64,000 bases of DNA from a virus (lineage: Duplodnaviria > Caudoviricetes): IMG/VR virus record IMGVR_UViG_3300037400_005024, positions 94,254-158,253 of that record; one strand, written 5' to 3'. Positions 9,639 to 19,672 of this stretch are shown in pieces (the first letter of the stretch is position 1; the number at the start of each line of letters is the position of its first letter). The notes below the pieces were generated by a model. It did no database searches. It saw only the letters and a program-made list of their open reading frames with translations, and was not told the DNA's origin. The position numbers and the translations under genes are program-made.

Positions 9639-9748
9639 TTAAATAACCTTTCTAAAATCACACCAGAACACATTTAGAATGACGTTGCTAACCTTTATAA
9701 TATACTCTATTACTAGATTAGCAACATCATCTATAGGTGATTAGACAA

Positions 9749-10246
9749 TTAAATATCATCTACTTTATTCATAAGAATCAAATCACCTTGATTTAACTCT
9801 GAAGAATGAACTCTAATAATGTTATTATTTCTAACAATCTGGAAATAATCATTTTCTGTAAATGTTAGGAACTGATTTGAATCAGTTAAAGCAAAGAACT
9901 CACCATGTCTATTTTTTCCAACAAGAGTTATCTTAATTGCTTTAGTATCTTTATTAAACTTTGATTTTAAAAGTCTGTAATAAGCAAAACCTGATTTAAT
10001 TTCTTTAGCACTTAAGAACTTAAACTGATTATCGCGTGTATCATAAACCTTTAATCTATGGTTTTCACCACATAGAACATCACCTGATTTTGTTTTAAAA
10101 TGAATAACATTTTTAAGTGAAGTACTAATACCAGAAACTTTTACAGGTCTGAAATTTTCATCTAAAAGTGTTTCGTTAACTCTTAAATTTCTAATCTTTT
10201 TAGTTGTAAAATCAGACATCATAACGTCTGTATTCTGTTCTAAACA
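9749..10246 (-). other. N-terminal split intein (IntN), 165 aa
   Basis: CLEQNTDV block A after VEGE; LCGENHRL block B; no HN-S terminus before the stop. Confidence 0.8.
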
Positions 10247-11482
10247 TTCACCTTCAACAATCAGAAGATATTTAGACTCACCAATAGCAGGAAGATATTT
10301 GTCATTTTTAATCTTTTTAGGAGTATTTAAAGACTTCATTTCCTGGCGTCTTTTTAACTCTTCCTTGATTTTGTAAACTTCTGTAATAGGATCAATTATG
10401 TCCTTATTTCTAAGAATCTTCTTAACAAAGTTTTCGTAATCAATTTCACCAAAATAATCATTCATCTCAGTGTTAGAATTTGTGATTTTCTCTTTTGACT
10501 GAGAATTGAACTTAGGATTTGGAAACTCTTTTAAAAATGCTATAATAAAAAGCTTATTTTTAATATCACCTGGCTTAATTGATTTAAACTTTTTAACTAA
10601 CTTATCACGAATTCTGTTAACGATATTCATTGAAATAATATCAATATGAGTTCCACCGTCATTTATCTTAAGTCCATCAACATAAGAGAACTGTCTGAAA
10701 TCATCATTTTCATTATGCAAAACAGCAAAGCTATAATTTTCTGTTTCATAAATTTCAGGATTCTCTCCGAATAATGAAACGTACTTTTTAAAAGAATTAA
10801 TGTTTATAGTTTTGCCATTAAACTTAAATGAAATTTCAGGATAGGTTAAGTTTAAATTTATAAGTCTCTGTTTAATAATTAAAATGTGATTTTCATCAAT
10901 TTCTGTAAGTCCAAATCTCTTAAGATCTGGTTTAAACGATACTGTAACACCAGTATTTCCAGTAGAATCTGAAACTGTTGTTTTACAATTCTCTGCATTA
11001 TCAGAAAAATGACAAGTAACTTTCTTGTTACCATCATCTGAGATACCGTTAAATTTTACAGAGAAACAATTTGTACAGAAAGATCCTACACCATTCATAC
11101 CAATCTGAGTTCTGTGAGCATCATCTTCAAAGTTTGAACCAGATCTCATGGTACCCCATGCAACTTCTGCTGAAGTTTTACCATTGATTAGATCGTAAGG
11201 AATTCCTGTTCCATCATCTTTAACTTCTACAGTATCAGAAGTCATTTTAACAGAAATATGAGTTCCTTTTGTAAACTTTGATTTAATGCAAGCATCTACG
11301 GAGTTATCAATAATCTCATTGATAATTTTTATCAGTCCAGGAACATATGAAATTTCTTTATTTTCAATTTTATTATTTTCAAAAATGTACTCTGAAAATG
11401 AGCTGCTATTGACAGCTCCAATGTACATTGCTGGTCTTTTTAGGACGTGATCACGATCAGTTAAAACTTGTACTTTCATCAA
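9749..11482 (-). CDS. gp39: DNA topoisomerase II large subunit (gp39 ATPase/transducer part) ending in an N-terminal split intein
   Basis: HVLKRPAMYIG, EIIDNSVD, DDGTGIP, GMNGVG, GGTHID, FNSQSKEK, LIVEGE then C-initiated intein; ATG start likely 11479. Confidence 0.9.
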   Translation of the reverse strand: MMKVQVLTDRDHVLKRPAMYIGAVNSSSFSEYIFENNKIENKEISYVPGLIKIINEIIDNSVDACIKSKFTKGTHISVKMTSDTVEVKDDGTGIPYDLINGKTSAEVAWGTMRSGSNFEDDAHRTQIGMNGVGSFCTNCFSVKFNGISDDGNKKVTCHFSDNAENCKTTVSDSTGNTGVTVSFKPDLKRFGLTEIDENHILIIKQRLINLNLTYPEISFKFNGKTININSFKKYVSLFGENPEIYETENYSFAVLHNENDDFRQFSYVDGLKINDGGTHIDIISMNIVNRIRDKLVKKFKSIKPGDIKNKLFIIAFLKEFPNPKFNSQSKEKITNSNTEMNDYFGEIDYENFVKKILRNKDIIDPITEVYKIKEELKRRQEMKSLNTPKKIKNDKYLPAIGESKYLLIVEGECLEQNTDVMMSDFTTKKIRNLRVNETLLDENFRPVKVSGISTSLKNVIHFKTKSGDVLCGENHRLKVYDTRDNQFKFLSAKEIKSGFAYYRLLKSKFNKDTKAIKITLVGKNRHGEFFALTDSNQFLTFTENDYFQIVRNNNIIRVHSSELNQGDLILMNKVDDI

Positions 11483-12532
11483 TTATTCCTTATATGTATT
11501 AAAAGTATCTGAAATTCTAATAAGTTCTGCAATTACTGCATCTTTATTTGGAACATCAACTTTATAAGTAAATGCTAAAGAATGTCCATAATTTGCATCT
11601 CCGCAAAGCTTCTTTCTGATTTTCGTTAAAGCATTTTCTGAAAAAACACCTTCTTTAACACGAATTTTGAAAATTCCATATTTTACACCAATTACAACAT
11701 CTTGACCAGATTTCATTTCAAAATATGTAAAAAGTGGAAATAAATCCCATGAAAGAATAACTGTTGTTTTAACACCTTTATTAGAACGAATGTATCTCTT
11801 TTCTGATTTTAAATCATTTTTGAGTTTTTCAAATTCATCTCTATAGGTGAATTTAAAATCACCTAGTAAAGTGTTAACATTAAAGTTGTTTTTCTTTGCT
11901 TCTTTAGTATATAATAATATATTTTCAGATTTTTTATTTACGAATCCAAAAAACTTTTCATTTAGTATCAAACTATTCAAAAAATCTGGCTCATTTTTAA
12001 GATAAATGTCAAACAAATTTACAGTTCTGATAAAGTCAGACATAAAATTTAAACTATTTGATGTATTAAAATAATCAAATAAAATTTTAGATGCACATCT
12101 AGATTTATCAATATGAATTTCTGCAGTTACACCATGCCAAAAGTTATCATCATATAAATGATGGTCAAAAATCTTAAAATCAGAATTAGGAGAAATATTC
12201 TTTAAATCTCTCTGTAACTGAATTAAAGAATCTCTGCATTGAGATAAAGATACATCAGCAATAATAACATTTGAAATCCTATTTTCTTTACAGAATTCCG
12301 TTAACTCAAAAATCTTTTCATGAAGATCTGCATAGTTTGTATAAAAATATTTAATTGGTTTTAATGTTTCTTCAAGAACTGCTACACAACCGCATGCATC
12401 TAAATCATTATGTGTTAAACAAACATATTTTAAAGGTTTTGAAAAGTTCTTTGAAATAGCTTGAGATTTGTTTTCCATTCTTCTTAAGTTACCAACATTA
12501 ATTCGACCAATTCCAGTAATTGACTCTATCAT
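11483..12532 (-). CDS. DHH-family phosphoesterase
   Basis: THNDLDACG, IADVS, FDHH, CASKI, GHSLA. Confidence 0.85.
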   Translation of the reverse strand: MIESITGIGRINVGNLRRMENKSQAISKNFSKPLKYVCLTHNDLDACGCVAVLEETLKPIKYFYTNYADLHEKIFELTEFCKENRISNVIIADVSLSQCRDSLIQLQRDLKNISPNSDFKIFDHHLYDDNFWHGVTAEIHIDKSRCASKILFDYFNTSNSLNFMSDFIRTVNLFDIYLKNEPDFLNSLILNEKFFGFVNKKSENILLYTKEAKKNNFNVNTLLGDFKFTYRDEFEKLKNDLKSEKRYIRSNKGVKTTVILSWDLFPLFTYFEMKSGQDVVIGVKYGIFKIRVKEGVFSENALTKIRKKLCGDANYGHSLAFTYKVDVPNKDAVIAELIRISDTFNTYKE

Positions 12533-12907
12533 TTATCTTTCCTTTTTGTAAAGAAGTCTTAATCTGTTTAATTCGGCATTGTCTATCTCTTTGAGATATT
12601 CACTTGCAACTTTTTTATTTATTTTATAATGTTTCATCAACAATTCTTCATCAGCCGAAATTTTTAAATTTTCTGTTTTAATGAACTTGATAAAATTTAC
12701 TCTACCATTTAATGTCTTTTGAACAAATTTATACTGAATTTCAATAGGTAATTTATAATAATAATTTAAAAAATTTGCAATTTGAATAGTTTTATAATTC
12801 GAACCTAAGTATTTGCAAAATACATAAGGTGGAATTTCTTTAATCTCTGATTCAGATGAATCTTTACCAGAAATGCAATTCTGAAATGTTTTAAAAATAT
12901 TTGACAT
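12533..12907 (-). CDS. gp62: clamp loader small subunit
   Basis: PYVFCKYL..ANFLN..LP..QY.F..HYKIN..A.EYL pattern. Confidence 0.75.
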   Translation of the reverse strand: MSNIFKTFQNCISGKDSSESEIKEIPPYVFCKYLGSNYKTIQIANFLNYYYKLPIEIQYKFVQKTLNGRVNFIKFIKTENLKISADEELLMKHYKINKKVASEYLKEIDNAELNRLRLLYKKER

Positions 12908-12919
12908 TTTTAAATTCCT

Positions 12920-14569
12920 TTAAAAATCAAAAAGATCCATTGCCTTTTCTTTAACGGTGAAATTGATTGCATTAGTCATAAATTCTAAAGGTTTTATAAA
13001 TGACTTTTCAAATTGTGTATCATAGTCAATATAATCTTTAAAATACTGAATAAAATTATCATCAGTGAATGCAATTACATCTGGATAAGAACTTTTAACT
13101 GTTCTACCAGTTGTATTTTTAATTGTTTCGCCTAAGGTGTTAGGTGTTTTAAGATAAATGTATTTAATCTTATCACCAGCTTGGATTAAATTAAATGATC
13201 CTTCTAAATTGTGCTTTTTAATAAATTCATTATATATTAAAGATGCTCTTGAATTCAATGGAATTCCAAGGTCTTTTCTTAAGTCATAATCAATGCAATT
13301 TACAGTCATGTTAGAAACAATATCAGATACTGGAGCATTGATGAATTCTGTTTTGCACCTTTCAAACCATTCTCTAAGATCTTTCTGAGTTCCATCGAAA
13401 AGAATTGGAAGTGCATCACTCATGTGTTCAATTGAAAATTTAGGTGTACTTGATTTAATTAGTTCAACACCCATTGCTTTGATTTTAGGTGAATCAACTG
13501 GAAAAACTGTTGCTTCATTTGCTCTGAGTCTGCAGAGATACTTTTTCTTTTTAAGTAATAAAAATCTATCTGCGATAATTTCTCTTTTTCCACCACATTT
13601 AGATTTATCCATTGCGTTAAGATAATAACAAAATTCGTCAATATTTTCTTGAATTTTTGGCTGAACAACTTCTGTTTCAAACTTATCGCAGAAATCTACA
13701 ATTTCACTTAAAGAAGCATCTGGCTTTTTCTTTAAAAACTCTTCTACAAATGGTTCAATTGTATAATATGCAGAATTATGTAATAAAATGTCATTTCCGA
13801 AAAAGTTATGATTATCTTCTACTTCAATATCATAAACATCTAATTCTTGAATGCCTAAATCTTCAATTTTATAATTTTCTGTTATAACGTTATCTTTTAG
13901 GTTGTTTGAAATTAGCTCATCTGTTTTTAAAATTTCAGTAGGTTTTACAGAAATTAAGTTATCATTTCTGTTTATCATTACTGAGTGATCTTCAGTAATA
14001 ATGACAGATTTATTATTTACAGATATTTTAAACATTCTTTTGTTTACTTCATGTTTCATCACGTAAATAATTTTTTTATCCTGAATTTCAAAATCTGAAT
14101 TCATAGATTTAGCTAAAATCTTTTCATCTAATCTTTTAACAAAAGAACCATTTTCATTTTTTACAATTTCACCAGATCTTTCAAATAAATCTTCAATTTT
14201 AATTTTGCCTAGCGATGTTGAAATTAAAGTATCTCCAACACAAGAATCCGTATCACTATAAATGTAATATGGTTTATTCCAGTTCTTTAAACTCTGAAGA
14301 TGATTTTCAATTCTTCTTCCAAAAGATTTAATGAAATATCTACCATTTCCTGTAATAGCCTGTGCTATCTTTTCGTTAATTAAAATAAATGCTTTGTTAC
14401 CTAAAGCACCATATAAAGAATTGATTAAAGTTTTTAAAGAAATCTGAAGAATATGAAATTCATTACTCTTATCTTGAGTAAATTTTAACAGAGATTCAAG
14501 TTCTGAATCAGATAGCTTTTCAAGATCTTCTCTTGAACAATTTAAAACATCGAAATTTGTAGAATTCAT
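12920..14569 (-). CDS. gp43: family B DNA polymerase, C-terminal half (gp43B-like) with mini-intein
   Basis: KTLINSLYG (motif B), YSDTD-S (motif C), KKKY, GVELIKSSTP; no exonuclease domain or motif A. Confidence 0.9.
   Translation of the reverse strand: MNSTNFDVLNCSREDLEKLSDSELESLLKFTQDKSNEFHILQISLKTLINSLYGALGNKAFILINEKIAQAITGNGRYFIKSFGRRIENHLQSLKNWNKPYYIYSDTDSCVGDTLISTSLGKIKIEDLFERSGEIVKNENGSFVKRLDEKILAKSMNSDFEIQDKKIIYVMKHEVNKRMFKISVNNKSVIITEDHSVMINRNDNLISVKPTEILKTDELISNNLKDNVITENYKIEDLGIQELDVYDIEVEDNHNFFGNDILLHNSAYYTIEPFVEEFLKKKPDASLSEIVDFCDKFETEVVQPKIQENIDEFCYYLNAMDKSKCGGKREIIADRFLLLKKKKYLCRLRANEATVFPVDSPKIKAMGVELIKSSTPKFSIEHMSDALPILFDGTQKDLREWFERCKTEFINAPVSDIVSNMTVNCIDYDLRKDLGIPLNSRASLIYNEFIKKHNLEGSFNLIQAGDKIKYIYLKTPNTLGETIKNTTGRTVKSSYPDVIAFTDDNFIQYFKDYIDYDTQFEKSFIKPLEFMTNAINFTVKEKAMDLFDF
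13775..14245 (-). other. 157-aa mini-intein in Pol motif C
   Basis: YSDTD|SCVGDT...TEDHS...VYDIEV..HNFF..LLHN|S; no homing endonuclease. Confidence 0.9.
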
Positions 14570-14592
14570 TTACTTTTTCTCCTTTTTGTTCT

Positions 14593-14628
14593 ATTATAAT
14601 CTATTTTAACACAAAATAAAAAAGGTCC
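14593..14628 (-). promoter_or_regulatory. putative middle-class promoter GGWC-N26-TAWAAT (representative)
   Basis: Same architecture at 1423-1458, 16571-16606, 19250-19285, 20811-20846, 25357-25393, 28928-28963, 44732-44768. Confidence 0.6.
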
Positions 14629-14667
14629 TAAAAACTTAGAACCTTTTTCAAAATTTAAAATTTTAAA

Positions 14668-16257
14668 TTAAACGTACATAGAAGCAATTCGTGCCCAAGA
14701 TTCAACACCAGCATCTTGTAATGCCATACCTATGACTGCTGAACGGATTGTTAAAGGCTTACGTTTACGTGCAATTTCAGGAGTCATATAAGTAACTTCT
14801 TCATCAGCATCTGGAATAGCCATACCTAAAGCTTCAAAGAACTTATCTAACTGCTCATCACTCTTATTAGGATACTTAGCCTTCATAATAGACTTTGTTC
14901 TGTTATACATATCTCTTGCACATAAGTAAACATCAATAAAGATTGAACGTGACTTAATTGCATCTTCAATCTGAGAAGCTCTCATGTTAGAAATGAAAAT
15001 CATCTCACCATCAAAATAGAACTTTGATGGAACAACCATTTCGCCATCTTTTACTTTATTAACATTCTGTGTAAACACTAAAGAATCAGCGTCATCACAT
15101 TGTGCACAGTAATCTCTAATCTCTGCTTCTGATTTACCGTTCATAGGATAAGTACCAGTTATGTATTCCATAGCTGGCTTACCTGAAGTATCTAAAGCAG
15201 GCTTTAGCATCATGATTGTATCAGGTTGTGATAAAATGTCATCTGCTTCATCCCAAACCTGTAAAACATCACGCTCTCTAAATACTGTAGAATAGAATGA
15301 ACGAGGAGCTATTTTTGCACCTGAATGATATGTGTACTTATCACCTGCTTCACCTAGAACTCTCTTAAGTGTTGAAGTAACCTCGTAAGTTTTACCAGTA
15401 CCACCCTCACCACAGATGATAAGTGACTTAGAACCACCCTTAGCAACGAACTCAGTTACTGTCTTAATATCTTCAAAAACATATTTTGGATCTGCGTAAA
15501 CATTATCATCAAACTGCTTCTGAGTACTTATTACATTATTCTGAACTGAGTTAGTTTCTTTCTTACCCTTTTCTAAAGTAGCATAGAACTCATTCCACTC
15601 GTCTTCTAAACCCTCTTGCTCAACGTAATCTGCAAATTTACCAGGTAAAGCTGCACTAACCTTCTTATTACGATCTCTTAAGAAATTCTGACGTTGGACA
15701 ATTGTTGATCTTCCTAAATCAACTGCTTCAGTGATAAAATCATCAAGCTTGAAAGTACCAACTTTCTTCTTTCTTAATAATTCACATAACTTCTCATAAA
15801 TCTGAACAACATTGCAAGATGATGAGAAATTACATGTGATTGTTGGACGATCTAACTCGTGGTTATCCTTATCCCAGTAATCTAAAGAATCAACAATAAA
15901 GGTATCACGCTTAGGTGTCTCTTTAAAAGCAGTAATATTACCCTTTAAGAAACCAAAACGTAACTGATAACCATGCTTGTTAAATAAACGATAACCGAAA
16001 CCCTTAGTACCATCTTGACGTTGGAACTCTTCAGTAAATGTAACCTTGAACTCACCGCCAAACTTCTTACCAAACAACTTGCCGTATAACTTAGTTACCT
16101 TATCTAACTTATCACTGGTAAACTGTGCCTCTGTTAAAGGCATTCCGACATCAACTGAATCAGGATCTAAAGATCTTTGTGGATTATATAAAATATTTGA
16201 CTCAGTTGTCAAATGAGGTGCGTTAATTTTCTCGAGAAAATCAATGAACGTTAACAT
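14668..16257 (-). CDS. P-loop (AAA+-like) ATPase, late-expressed, possibly packaged
   Basis: GEGGTGKT Walker A, VWDEAD Walker B, FISN, SRS; N-terminus MLTFIDFLE; TATAAATA at 16325-16332. Confidence 0.75.
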   Translation of the reverse strand: MLTFIDFLEKINAPHLTTESNILYNPQRSLDPDSVDVGMPLTEAQFTSDKLDKVTKLYGKLFGKKFGGEFKVTFTEEFQRQDGTKGFGYRLFNKHGYQLRFGFLKGNITAFKETPKRDTFIVDSLDYWDKDNHELDRPTITCNFSSSCNVVQIYEKLCELLRKKKVGTFKLDDFITEAVDLGRSTIVQRQNFLRDRNKKVSAALPGKFADYVEQEGLEDEWNEFYATLEKGKKETNSVQNNVISTQKQFDDNVYADPKYVFEDIKTVTEFVAKGGSKSLIICGEGGTGKTYEVTSTLKRVLGEAGDKYTYHSGAKIAPRSFYSTVFRERDVLQVWDEADDILSQPDTIMMLKPALDTSGKPAMEYITGTYPMNGKSEAEIRDYCAQCDDADSLVFTQNVNKVKDGEMVVPSKFYFDGEMIFISNMRASQIEDAIKSRSIFIDVYLCARDMYNRTKSIMKAKYPNKSDEQLDKFFEALGMAIPDADEEVTYMTPEIARKRKPLTIRSAVIGMALQDAGVESWARIASMYV

Positions 16258-16327
16258 TGTTTTAAAAACTCCTAAATTTAAAAGTTAGATTCAAAAATTT
16301 TTGAATCTAAAAGAATGTTTAATCTAT

Positions 16328-16543
16328 TTATAATCTTTGAAAAATAAACGAATCAATTTTGAAGAATATTAAAGCACCAATGATTTGTCCTAAAATCAAA
16401 TTAAGTGCAATTGAAATTCCAAGTTGTTCGAATAGGATCATGAAAGGCATCATTACAAATGCTGAAATAAGCCATCTAAATAGATAAACTGCAAATTTCT
16501 TTGTTAAAAATGATTTGAAGAATTTTTTAAAAGTGAGTTTCAT
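16328..16543 (-). CDS. small membrane protein, weakly GtrA-like
   Basis: Two hydrophobic helices ending F..D.FIF. Confidence 0.5.
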   Translation of the reverse strand: MKLTFKKFFKSFLTKKFAVYLFRWLISAFVMMPFMILFEQLGISIALNLILGQIIGALIFFKIDSFIFQRL

Positions 16544-16661
16544 ATTTTAAATGCTAAAAAATTTGTTTTAATTAAAACATATTTGAGTGAAAATTTTCAA
16601 ATGACCAACAAATTTTAAAGGAATTAAATTTCAGTTAAAGTGTTTCTGAATCATGAAATTT

Positions 16662-16737
16662 TAGAAAGTCCTTTAAAATCAATAACTTAGTTAGAATAAT
16701 ACTTTAATTAAGTTATTGATTTATAAGGAGATTTCAA
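16662..16737. repeat. dispersed palindrome copy 1 (inverted AATCAATAACTTA boxes)
   Basis: Boxes 16677-16689 and 16709-16721, 19-bp spacer. Confidence 0.9.
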
Positions 16738-16852
16738 AAATATGAATAATAGTAAATGTACTATATTGGAGAAAGTTTTGAAAAGTTGTGTTTTAAAATG
16801 AGTTAAAAAGTTTTTAAAATATGCTTTTTATATAAAGAGATGAATAAAAGTT

Positions 16853-17224
16853 TTATGAATTTTCAACGTTTTTATTTTCTTTTTCTTTAGTCTCTTTATT
16901 CTTTTTTCTTGTTCTAATGTACGCATTTGCTCCGAAAAATACCATGATAATTGCAGAAACAGATGCGAAATAAACTGCACTCATTCCAGAAATCAGATCA
17001 GAAGCGTGCGGAATTCCAAAATAATCTCCTAACAAAACTAAAAATGGGTACATCAACATTCCAAGTAATGCTATCCAAGTCATTCTTCTTTGAGCATCAT
17101 CTTTCTTATCGTTGTTATCAATATCAACTAAATCTTTAATGTAACTTAAATCGGCTTGACAATCTTCTTTTTTAGAAATTCCGTATCGTTTTTCGATCTT
17201 TGAAATGATAGAATCTATATTCAT
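16853..17224 (-). CDS. two-TM membrane protein, holin candidate
   Basis: DAQRRMTWIAL + 2 TM helices + basic tail; start taken at MNIDS (17224) because the longer ORF overlaps gp13. Confidence 0.55.
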   Translation of the reverse strand: MNIDSIISKIEKRYGISKKEDCQADLSYIKDLVDIDNNDKKDDAQRRMTWIALLGMLMYPFLVLLGDYFGIPHASDLISGMSAVYFASVSAIIMVFFGANAYIRTRKKNKETKEKENKNVENS

Positions 17225-17225
17225 C

Positions 17226-17948
17226 TTAAAATACCTGTGGTAACACTGGATCACTCCACTTATCCAGCAATTCTTGGTCTAATTTTTCAATTTCAGACTG
17301 TGCTTCAGATTTAATATCACCATAATTTATCTGAGCACCACCTACTAGAGATTGTGAGTATTTTCCAAGAATTGAACCCCAGATCTCCTTTGTTTTAGCT
17401 ATACAATATGCTTTTATCCATTCATGATTATAAATTAAATCATTTTCTTCATTTGCAATGTACTCATACTGATAATGAAGCACTGCAGGACCTTCATACG
17501 GATCAAAAACTTGAAGAATCTTTCTATGTTGATTGAAGTTATAATAAATATCTGTTCCAAAATACTTATCTAAAACTGATGTTGTTGCAGAAATCATCAT
17601 GATATTCGGAATAATATCACCAGTTAAAGAATTTGAGAAATACATATCAGACCAGAGATTTGGAATGTAATCACCAAAATTCGAAGCAAAGTCTGTTAAA
17701 TTACCAGAAAGACCTGTTTTTAAAGAAATAATATTAGTGATTTTATCTGGAAGTGGATATTCTTTAGCACCATGCAGCTGAATAATAACTGATTGTTCTA
17801 AAGTGTAACCACAATATTCTGTGAATTTTTGAACGGCAGCATCAATCATTTCGCTCATTTGAAAGTCTGTAACTTCGACTTTAATGATTGGCTCACCAAG
17901 CTGCGAACGAATATAAGAAATTAAATCTTTTTTGGAGCGAATACGCAT
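17226..17948 (-). CDS. gp13: neck protein
   Basis: LISYIRSQLGEPIIKVEV, WIKAY..A..K..WG..LGKY, LVGG..IN. Confidence 0.9.
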   Translation of the reverse strand: MRIRSKKDLISYIRSQLGEPIIKVEVTDFQMSEMIDAAVQKFTEYCGYTLEQSVIIQLHGAKEYPLPDKITNIISLKTGLSGNLTDFASNFGDYIPNLWSDMYFSNSLTGDIIPNIMMISATTSVLDKYFGTDIYYNFNQHRKILQVFDPYEGPAVLHYQYEYIANEENDLIYNHEWIKAYCIAKTKEIWGSILGKYSQSLVGGAQINYGDIKSEAQSEIEKLDQELLDKWSDPVLPQVF

Positions 17949-18061
17949 TTGTAAATAGCTTAAAACATTTTAAACTATTTATACTTTTAAATGAATTCCG
18001 AGATGTCTTGAACAATTTAGCCTGCATTTTTGAACAAGACATCTAAAAGTTTAACTTCTAG

Positions 18062-19222
18062 TTAGGTAAAACCTGTGATGTTTTCTGATAGATTTGATGA
18101 AATACCTTGTACATAGTTAAAAGAATTTGTTTCTGAGTTATTTAAACTCTTTTCTGAGTTATTTGAATTTATTTCAGAGTTATTTAAAATATTTTCAGAG
18201 TTCTGCAAACTTGTTTCAGAGTTGTTTGATAAGTTCTCTGAAACTTTTTCAACTTTTTCTGAGTTGTTTAAAATATTTTCTGTTTTTACAGAAACCCTTT
18301 CAACTATATTTGCAATTGCCTGAGTGTTATCATCTAATTCTGTTTTATCACAGAACTTATGAAGTGCTTCAGAACGTGAATTTTTACTTATTATCTTTTT
18401 ACAAGCACTCATTAAAGACTTAACTGTTCGAATCAACTTTCTGACATAAGAATAATTTTCAGGAGACATTTTTCCGAGTAAATTAGTATTATTGAAAATA
18501 TACTTCTTAAACTTTTCAAAATGTTTCTCGATATTCGCAGAATCAGAAATGCATTCTGAACCTAACTCTTCAATCTTTTCAAGACATTCTGTAATCTTCT
18601 CTTCTTCCGACTTTTCATTAAAAACCAGATTGTACAACTTTTTAGAAATTTCTTCATCAGAAGCGTTGTCATCAATCTGTCTAGCTAAATTCAAGACATC
18701 AAGATCTTCGGAGTCCTCAGGAACTTCTTCGTTATCACTTGATCCTTGTGCTATAAACTCGATTGCTTTCATTAGTTCAGGATTGTTCAGAATAATCTGT
18801 TCATATTCCTTAACTAACTTTTCTTCTTCATCTGGAGACATTTTAGAAGTTTTTCTTGGTGTATTTTTTAAACGTTTGAAATACTGTACTTTAACTCCCT
18901 TTTCTCTTTTTGGAAAAAGTGTTATAGAATCATCTGTCTCAGAAATAATCTTAAGATTTGTTTCAGAATCTTTAAACTTTTCAGTTTTACCTGTTAAAGT
19001 TGTTGTTAAGATATATGAAATTGTAACTGGACTTGATACACTTTCAAGTTCAATATCTTTCATAAATCTCTGACCATTGTAACCAGTGCATTTAAAAGGA
19101 ATAATTTTTGACTTTCCATCAATAGTTAGTTCAATAACTGCTTGATATACTGTTTTCTCAGGCAGAAAATCAAACATTAAAACGGTATTTCCAGTTTTTC
19201 TACTTTTTCTTGATGTAATCAT
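18062..19222 (-). CDS. hypothetical protein with C-terminal NNSE heptad repeats
   Basis: Long ORF with SD; imperfect 21-bp repeats at about 18125-18285. Confidence 0.7.
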   Translation of the reverse strand: MITSRKSRKTGNTVLMFDFLPEKTVYQAVIELTIDGKSKIIPFKCTGYNGQRFMKDIELESVSSPVTISYILTTTLTGKTEKFKDSETNLKIISETDDSITLFPKREKGVKVQYFKRLKNTPRKTSKMSPDEEEKLVKEYEQIILNNPELMKAIEFIAQGSSDNEEVPEDSEDLDVLNLARQIDDNASDEEISKKLYNLVFNEKSEEEKITECLEKIEELGSECISDSANIEKHFEKFKKYIFNNTNLLGKMSPENYSYVRKLIRTVKSLMSACKKIISKNSRSEALHKFCDKTELDDNTQAIANIVERVSVKTENILNNSEKVEKVSENLSNNSETSLQNSENILNNSEINSNNSEKSLNNSETNSFNYVQGISSNLSENITGFT

Positions 19223-19336
19223 AAATAATTCCTTTTTTGTTATGTGTAAATTATAAAATATATTTTAAAATACTTTTAAATGACCAAAAAAAAAAAGCAT
19301 CTATAAAAGATGCTTTTTTCTAAAATAATTTAAAAA

Positions 19337-19639
19337 TTAGTTATAAATTCTAGGGTCAAAAATCTTAATATCGTATTCTTCACAAACATTATGAATAATT
19401 CTACACTTTGGGTTGTTTTCCCAGTCATCAATGAAAAATACCGCATCAACGTCACCCATATGTAAAAGTGCAGAACCTAGTGATGAAATAATTGCATCTC
19501 TTGGTGCACCGCTTTCATCACGAACATAATCATCAACAACTGTATGTCCTAATTCTTGAACTCGTTTGATAGCATATGCTCTGCTTTCTTCTAATTCCTT
19601 ATATGGCTTATCTAATGGCTGACAAATGTAAACTTGCAT
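19337..19639 (-). CDS. DUF4406-like (nucleoside deoxyribosyltransferase-fold) protein
   Basis: VYICQP...DAVFFIDDWEN..CRI.H. Confidence 0.7.
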   Translation of the reverse strand: MQVYICQPLDKPYKELEESRAYAIKRVQELGHTVVDDYVRDESGAPRDAIISSLGSALLHMGDVDAVFFIDDWENNPKCRIIHNVCEEYDIKIFDPRIYN

Positions 19640-19672
19640 ATTTTTATATCCTCTTATTTCTGAAGTTCAAAA

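Noticed and set aside
16662-16737. Palindromes as CRISPR repeats or rho-independent terminators
   Set aside because: They are dispersed single copies with AT-rich stems, long variable loops and conserved box sequence and spacing
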